NCBI GenBank assembly: GCA_964540515.1
Contig: CAZIMS010000003.1
Location: forward strand, 10,010 to 74,009
Length of the DNA stretch: 64,000 nucleotides
Reading direction: 5' to 3'
Origin: an uncultured Pseudomonadota bacterium
GTDB lineage: Bacteria > CALINM01
This document shows positions 59,806-64,000 of the stretch, piece by piece (the stretch's first letter is position 1; every line of letters begins with the position of its first letter). The notes beneath the pieces are model-generated. The model was given only the letters and a program-made list of their open reading frames with translations, had not been told where the DNA came from and did no database searches. Position numbers and translations under genes: made by a program.

Positions 59806-60822
59806 ATGAGTATTGTGGCGATTGATATAGGTTTTGGTTATACTAAAGCAACAAACGGCAGTAATGATTTGATTTTTAAGTCCATTCTTGGAGAGGCAAC
59901 AGATATACAGTTTCAGGATGAGCTTTTCCCCAGAAAAAAGCAAGACCTTTTAAACATTAAGATAGAGGGGAAAAATTTTTTTGTTGGTGAGCTCGCAGAA
60001 AGGCAGTCAAATGTTAGGCTTTTCACACTTGACCAGACTCAGTTTATAACGCAGTTTGCAAAGGTACTTGCCCTTGTCACCTTAGGGAATATGGTAGATA
60101 ATTATGATAATGTTAATCTTGTTACTGGCCTACCTGTAGGATATTATAAGCAATATAAGGATGCCTTAGCCTCTAATCTTTTAGGAGAACACAAGTTCTC
60201 TCTCGTAAAAAGCTCTAATGAAGAGATAGAAAAGATATTTACAATTAGCAAAATTAGGATAATCCCCCAGCCCTATGGTAGCCTTCTTAATGTATTTCTT
60301 GATGATGAGGGGAAGGCTAAAAATACAGATATCTTTAAGCAAAAAATTGGCATTATTGATATCGGTTTCAGAACTACGGACTATATTATCTCAGACAAGC
60401 TTCAGTACTCAGAGAGGGGTAGCAAAACTACCGATAACGGTATCTCTAAGGCCTTTTCTGTTATTGCCAATAAGCTTAGAGAAAAAAGTGGAGTTAACGT
60501 AGAGATATTTAAGATCTATGATTCTATAATCAAAGGTAGTATTAAGATTAAAGGTAAGGAGTATGATTTAACAGCTGTAAGAGAACAGGTGCTACAACAG
60601 TTGGCTTCACAGATTGCTTCTGATACGGAAAGATTCTGGATTGATGATTGGGATATAGATACTGTTTTAATAAGCGGTGGTGGCGGAACGTTGTTAGAGA
60701 AATATCTAAAACCTTTACTTGCTAATGCTCAGGCAGCCTTTGATAGTTCAGTTGATGGAAGGTTTTTTAATGTTAAAGGTTACTTAAAATATGGAAAAAG
60801 TATCTGGTTTGGAGAAAAATAG
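59806..60822 (+). CDS. Actin-like ATPase (ParM/StbA/Alp-like fold), chromosomal
   Basis: MSIVAIDIGFGYTKA (phosphate 1), IIDIGFRTTDYII (phosphate 2) and VLISGGGGTLL (adenosine motif) are spaced as in actin/ParM-superfamily proteins. Confidence 0.45.
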   Translation: MSIVAIDIGFGYTKATNGSNDLIFKSILGEATDIQFQDELFPRKKQDLLNIKIEGKNFFVGELAERQSNVRLFTLDQTQFITQFAKVLALVTLGNMVDNYDNVNLVTGLPVGYYKQYKDALASNLLGEHKFSLVKSSNEEIEKIFTISKIRIIPQPYGSLLNVFLDDEGKAKNTDIFKQKIGIIDIGFRTTDYIISDKLQYSERGSKTTDNGISKAFSVIANKLREKSGVNVEIFKIYDSIIKGSIKIKGKEYDLTAVREQVLQQLASQIASDTERFWIDDWDIDTVLISGGGGTLLEKYLKPLLANAQAAFDSSVDGRFFNVKGYLKYGKSIWFGEK

Positions 60823-60827
60823 TTGTT

Positions 60828-62144
60828 ATGATACTTGATAGACTTTTCTTTAAAGGAAGAGTCATAGACATAAAAACAGAGATAGAGGGTGGTTTTGCCA
60901 CCTTCTTTACTATGTGTTATATAATCTTTGTCCAACCAGCAATTCTTTCAAAGTTAGGAATGGATTTTGGTCCCGTTATGGTTGCTACATGTATCTCATC
61001 GGCTGTAGCGACTATTTTAATGGGGCTATTAGCAAACTACCCAATAGCCTTAGCACCAGGCATGGGACATAATTTTTTATTTGTTATTACGGCTACATCT
61101 TTAGCCATTAGTTGGGAGAAGGCCTTAGGAATTATCTTTATATCAGGGAGTCTTTTTATAATTCTTTCGGTTATCCCTTTTAGGGAGAAAATAATAAATG
61201 ATATGCCCAACAGTCTTAAATATGGTATATCGGTAGGGATAGGACTATTAATAACATTAATAGGATTGCAGTGGGCTGGTATAGTGGTATCAAAGCCTGG
61301 AACGTTTATAGGACTTGGTGAGTTAGCCTTTTTACCTGTAATAATCACATTAATTGGTCTTTTGATTATAATATTTCTTCATATAAAGGGGTTTAGATCG
61401 GCTGTTTTGTGGGGTATTTTAGGTTCCACCATAGTTTCTTTGCTCACAGGGGTATCAAAGTTTCACGGTGTCGTTAGCCTCCCACCATCTATAGAGCCAA
61501 CATTTTTTAAGTTTCAGCTTTTAGATATAATTTCTATTGACTATCTTACTCCTATTTTTATTTTTTTGTTTCTTGATGTCTTTGATACGGTGGGCACATT
61601 AGTGGGCGTAGGAGAACAGGGTGGTTTTATACATCAAGGTAAGCTACCCCGAGCAAAATCAGCCTTTATGGCAGATGCTATTGGTACTTTAACAGGTAGT
61701 ATATTAGGCACCTCTACAGTAACAAGCTACATAGAAAGTGCTTCAGGCATAAGTGTTGGGGCTAAGACAGGTCTTGCAAGTATCGTAACAGGGTTACTTT
61801 TTATTGTTGCCCTTTTCTTTTATCCCCTTGTTCAGACCGTAGGTGGTGGCTATGAATTCAATGGTTATTACTATTATCCCACCATATCTTCGGCACTTAT
61901 CTTTGTAGGCTTTTTAATGACCCAAAATGTAAAGAAGATTAATTTTAAAGACCTCGAAGAGGGTTTTCCTGCCTTTATTTCAATGATAATGATACCTCTA
62001 ACCTTTAGCATAACCGATGGGATAGCCTTTGGCTTCATAAGCTATAGTCTCATTGAGATCTTTAAAGGTAGGCTCAAAGAGCAAAACAAACTTGTTTTTA
62101 CAATCTCCCTAATTTTTCTTCTGAAATATATATTCATTTCATGA
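60828..62144 (+). CDS. NCS2-family purine permease (AzgA-like adenine/guanine/hypoxanthine transporter)
   Basis: FFTMCYIIFVQPAILSKLGMDFGPVMVATCISSAVATILMGLLANYPIALAPGMGHNFLF matches the AzgA subfamily N-terminus. Confidence 0.75.
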   Translation: MILDRLFFKGRVIDIKTEIEGGFATFFTMCYIIFVQPAILSKLGMDFGPVMVATCISSAVATILMGLLANYPIALAPGMGHNFLFVITATSLAISWEKALGIIFISGSLFIILSVIPFREKIINDMPNSLKYGISVGIGLLITLIGLQWAGIVVSKPGTFIGLGELAFLPVIITLIGLLIIIFLHIKGFRSAVLWGILGSTIVSLLTGVSKFHGVVSLPPSIEPTFFKFQLLDIISIDYLTPIFIFLFLDVFDTVGTLVGVGEQGGFIHQGKLPRAKSAFMADAIGTLTGSILGTSTVTSYIESASGISVGAKTGLASIVTGLLFIVALFFYPLVQTVGGGYEFNGYYYYPTISSALIFVGFLMTQNVKKINFKDLEEGFPAFISMIMIPLTFSITDGIAFGFISYSLIEIFKGRLKEQNKLVFTISLIFLLKYIFIS

Positions 62145-63496
62145 AAGATAAAATTATCAACATTATAGAAAAAAGCTTTGACAGGGAAGATCTTTTTCTC
62201 TCAGATATCCCAGAAAAATATCATTATGATGAATCAACTATCTATAAGGCTGAACCAGAGGCAGTATTTTTACCTGATTGTGCAGAAAAAATAATAGATT
62301 TTATAAAGATTGCTAATGAAAGCAATATCAAAATTATCCCCCGAGGCGCAGGCACAGGGGTATGCGGTGGAGCTGTAGCTACTTATGGTGGGGTTATTTT
62401 ATCTCTTGAAAGGATGGATAAGATTCTTGACATAGATGAGACAAATCTGACTGCAACTGTTTATGGTGGTTTAATAAATGGTTTTTTGAAGGAAGAGCTC
62501 AAAAAAATTGGATATTATTATCCACCAGATCCACAGAGTTTTGAGACCTCAACCATTGGGGGTAATATCGCTACAAATGCTGGAGGCCCTTCTGCCATAA
62601 AGTATGGCACAACAAAAGATTATGTAATGTCTCTTTCTGTAATTACAGGGGAGGGGATACAGTTAAATACTGGCGGTAAAGTCTATAAATGTTCTTCTGG
62701 TTATAATCTAAATGAGCTTTTTATCGGTTCAGAGGGCACACTTGGTATAATCCTTACGGCTACATTAAACTTTATAAGGTTACCAGAAAAAAAGGTATTC
62801 TTTCTCGTCCCTTTTCAAAATGTATTAGATGTGATGACCTTTTTTAGAGAAAGCATAAAGTCTCATATTAATTTTTCTGCCTTAGAGTTTATAGATGAGA
62901 GCGCCAAAAGGTTAGTGGAGATTTTTCTAAAGAGGAAACTACCTAAATCTGATATTGCCAGCTGCTATCTCTTCATAGAATATGAAGGAGATATTGATGA
63001 AAACAAAATATTTGAGCTTATTGAGAAGAGTAAGGGGCTGGAGCTTTTTTATGCAAAGGATAAAAATCAGGAAGAGAGACTATGGGAGGCAAGAAGAAAG
63101 ATTGCCTATGCTGTAAAAGATTACGCTAAGAAGGTCTATAAGGCAGATGTAGTGGTGCCAAGAGGAAGCATACCAATTTTTTTAGAGAAGCTTAGGAAGT
63201 TTGAAAGTGATGATTTGATTATAGCTACCTTTGGTCATATAGGTGATGGCAATATTCATCTAAACATCCTTGATAGAGATGGCGATAAACCAAATGAGTC
63301 TTATGAGCTAATGAGAAAGGTTATGGCCATAGTAAATGAACTAAAGGGTTTCCCATCAGGAGAACATGGCATAGGTTTAGCTAAAAAAGAGTTTTTAAAA
63401 AACTTTTTTTCGGTTTATCATATAGATAGGTGGAAAGCTATAAAAAGGGTTTTTGACCCAAAAAATATAATGAATCCAGGTAAGATCTTTGATTAA
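62141..63496 (+). CDS. FAD-binding oxidoreductase (GlcD/D-lactate dehydrogenase-like)
   Basis: IIPRGAGTGVCGGAV FAD-binding PCMH motif and a C-terminal FAD-oxidase domain ending NPGKIFD. Confidence 0.8.
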   Translation: MKDKIINIIEKSFDREDLFLSDIPEKYHYDESTIYKAEPEAVFLPDCAEKIIDFIKIANESNIKIIPRGAGTGVCGGAVATYGGVILSLERMDKILDIDETNLTATVYGGLINGFLKEELKKIGYYYPPDPQSFETSTIGGNIATNAGGPSAIKYGTTKDYVMSLSVITGEGIQLNTGGKVYKCSSGYNLNELFIGSEGTLGIILTATLNFIRLPEKKVFFLVPFQNVLDVMTFFRESIKSHINFSALEFIDESAKRLVEIFLKRKLPKSDIASCYLFIEYEGDIDENKIFELIEKSKGLELFYAKDKNQEERLWEARRKIAYAVKDYAKKVYKADVVVPRGSIPIFLEKLRKFESDDLIIATFGHIGDGNIHLNILDRDGDKPNESYELMRKVMAIVNELKGFPSGEHGIGLAKKEFLKNFFSVYHIDRWKAIKRVFDPKNIMNPGKIFD

Positions 63497-64000
63497 TAGA
63501 AAAGTTTTTTTGTTTATCCTAATTTTAATAACCTTTACAGGTTGTTTCTTAGTAGTCACTCACGAAGATAGGGATCCAACGGTACTTGCTGTTCACCTTC
63601 TGCCGCCCAAGCTTGAAGAGCTTAAACCAGAAAAACCCATTGATAGTTTTGTTGCCATATTCCCCTTTTATTTTGATATAAAGTTTTCAGAAAAGGGCTA
63701 CCCCTATTTTCTTGATTACTCCCATTTACCAAGAGAGTTTAATGAAAACTTGGCAGTCCTTTTAGAGAACGGAATTTTTACAAAAGTAGATATTGCCGGT
63801 GAGCTAACTACACTAAAAGATAAAGATTTTTATGTTAAAACCCTACAAGATTTAAATTATGATACTGGCATATATGGTAGTGTAAAAAAATTCCACATGG
63901 AGAAGAAGGGCGATTACTGGATTGGTGAAGTGCTTATAGAATATAATATTGTTAGCTATGATGGATTTGAGGTAGGTAAGTATGTATTTGAGAGAAAATT
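63489..64000 (+). CDS. Lipoprotein, partial (runs off the window end)
   Basis: TTG start candidates at 63489 and 63510. The frame then stays open to the window end with a lipobox ITFTGC after a hydrophobic leader. Confidence 0.4.
   Translation, partial: MINRKVFLFILILITFTGCFLVVTHEDRDPTVLAVHLLPPKLEELKPEKPIDSFVAIFPFYFDIKFSEKGYPYFLDYSHLPREFNENLAVLLENGIFTKVDIAGELTTLKDKDFYVKTLQDLNYDTGIYGSVKKFHMEKKGDYWIGEVLIEYNIVSYDGFEVGKYVFERK

Noticed and set aside
1-64000. CRISPR arrays, tRNA and rRNA genes
   Set aside because: There are no regularly spaced direct repeats. The intergenic regions are short, AT-rich, and lack cloverleaf-compatible GC stems.

Overview
The window is an AT-rich (about 30% GC), gene-dense chromosomal segment, almost all on the + strand, from a Gram-negative bacterium with tol-pal type envelope genes. 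From compositional feel alone it could be a low-GC metal or sulfur reducer such as Deferribacterota or Nitrospirota, but this is not established. Order of content: (1) the hrcA(3' end)-grpE-dnaK-dnaJ heat-shock operon. (2) An HlyD-adaptor/ABC ATPase/two FtsX-type permease exporter plus a DUF192 protein. (3) A secreted-protein block: an NHL-like beta-propeller, a tetraheme cytochrome c, a 1595-aa cytochrome with about 34 canonical CxxCH sites and 7-8 extended-spacing variants, and a 1446-aa cytochrome with about 17 sites. (4) An MNT/HEPN-like toxin-antitoxin pair. (5) An approximately 35 kb glycosylation island that I believe is the notable system here. It contains two divergent STT3/AglB-type oligosaccharyltransferase-like GT-C proteins, seven TMTC/DUF1736-like paralogs (TM domain plus TPR; one is a decayed pseudogene), three Dpm1-like GT2 polyprenyl-phosphate sugar synthases, and two paralogous B12-binding radical SAM enzymes each convergent with a TMTC-like gene. 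It also holds a sugar-tailoring set: NodU/CmcH carbamoyltransferase, SGNH hydrolase, MFS-spermidine-synthase fusion, sugar C-methyltransferase, Gmd-like dehydratase and a SAM methyltransferase. (6) Housekeeping and envelope genes: fbp, CpoB/YbgF-like, LysM, SPOR, an actin-like ATPase, an AzgA permease and a GlcD-like FAD oxidase. The four secreted proteins directly upstream of the island are unusually rich in N-x-S/T sequons. My main hypothesis is a dedicated N-/O-glycosylation system for giant extracellular multiheme cytochromes. No rRNA, tRNA, CRISPR array, transposase or integrase was seen.
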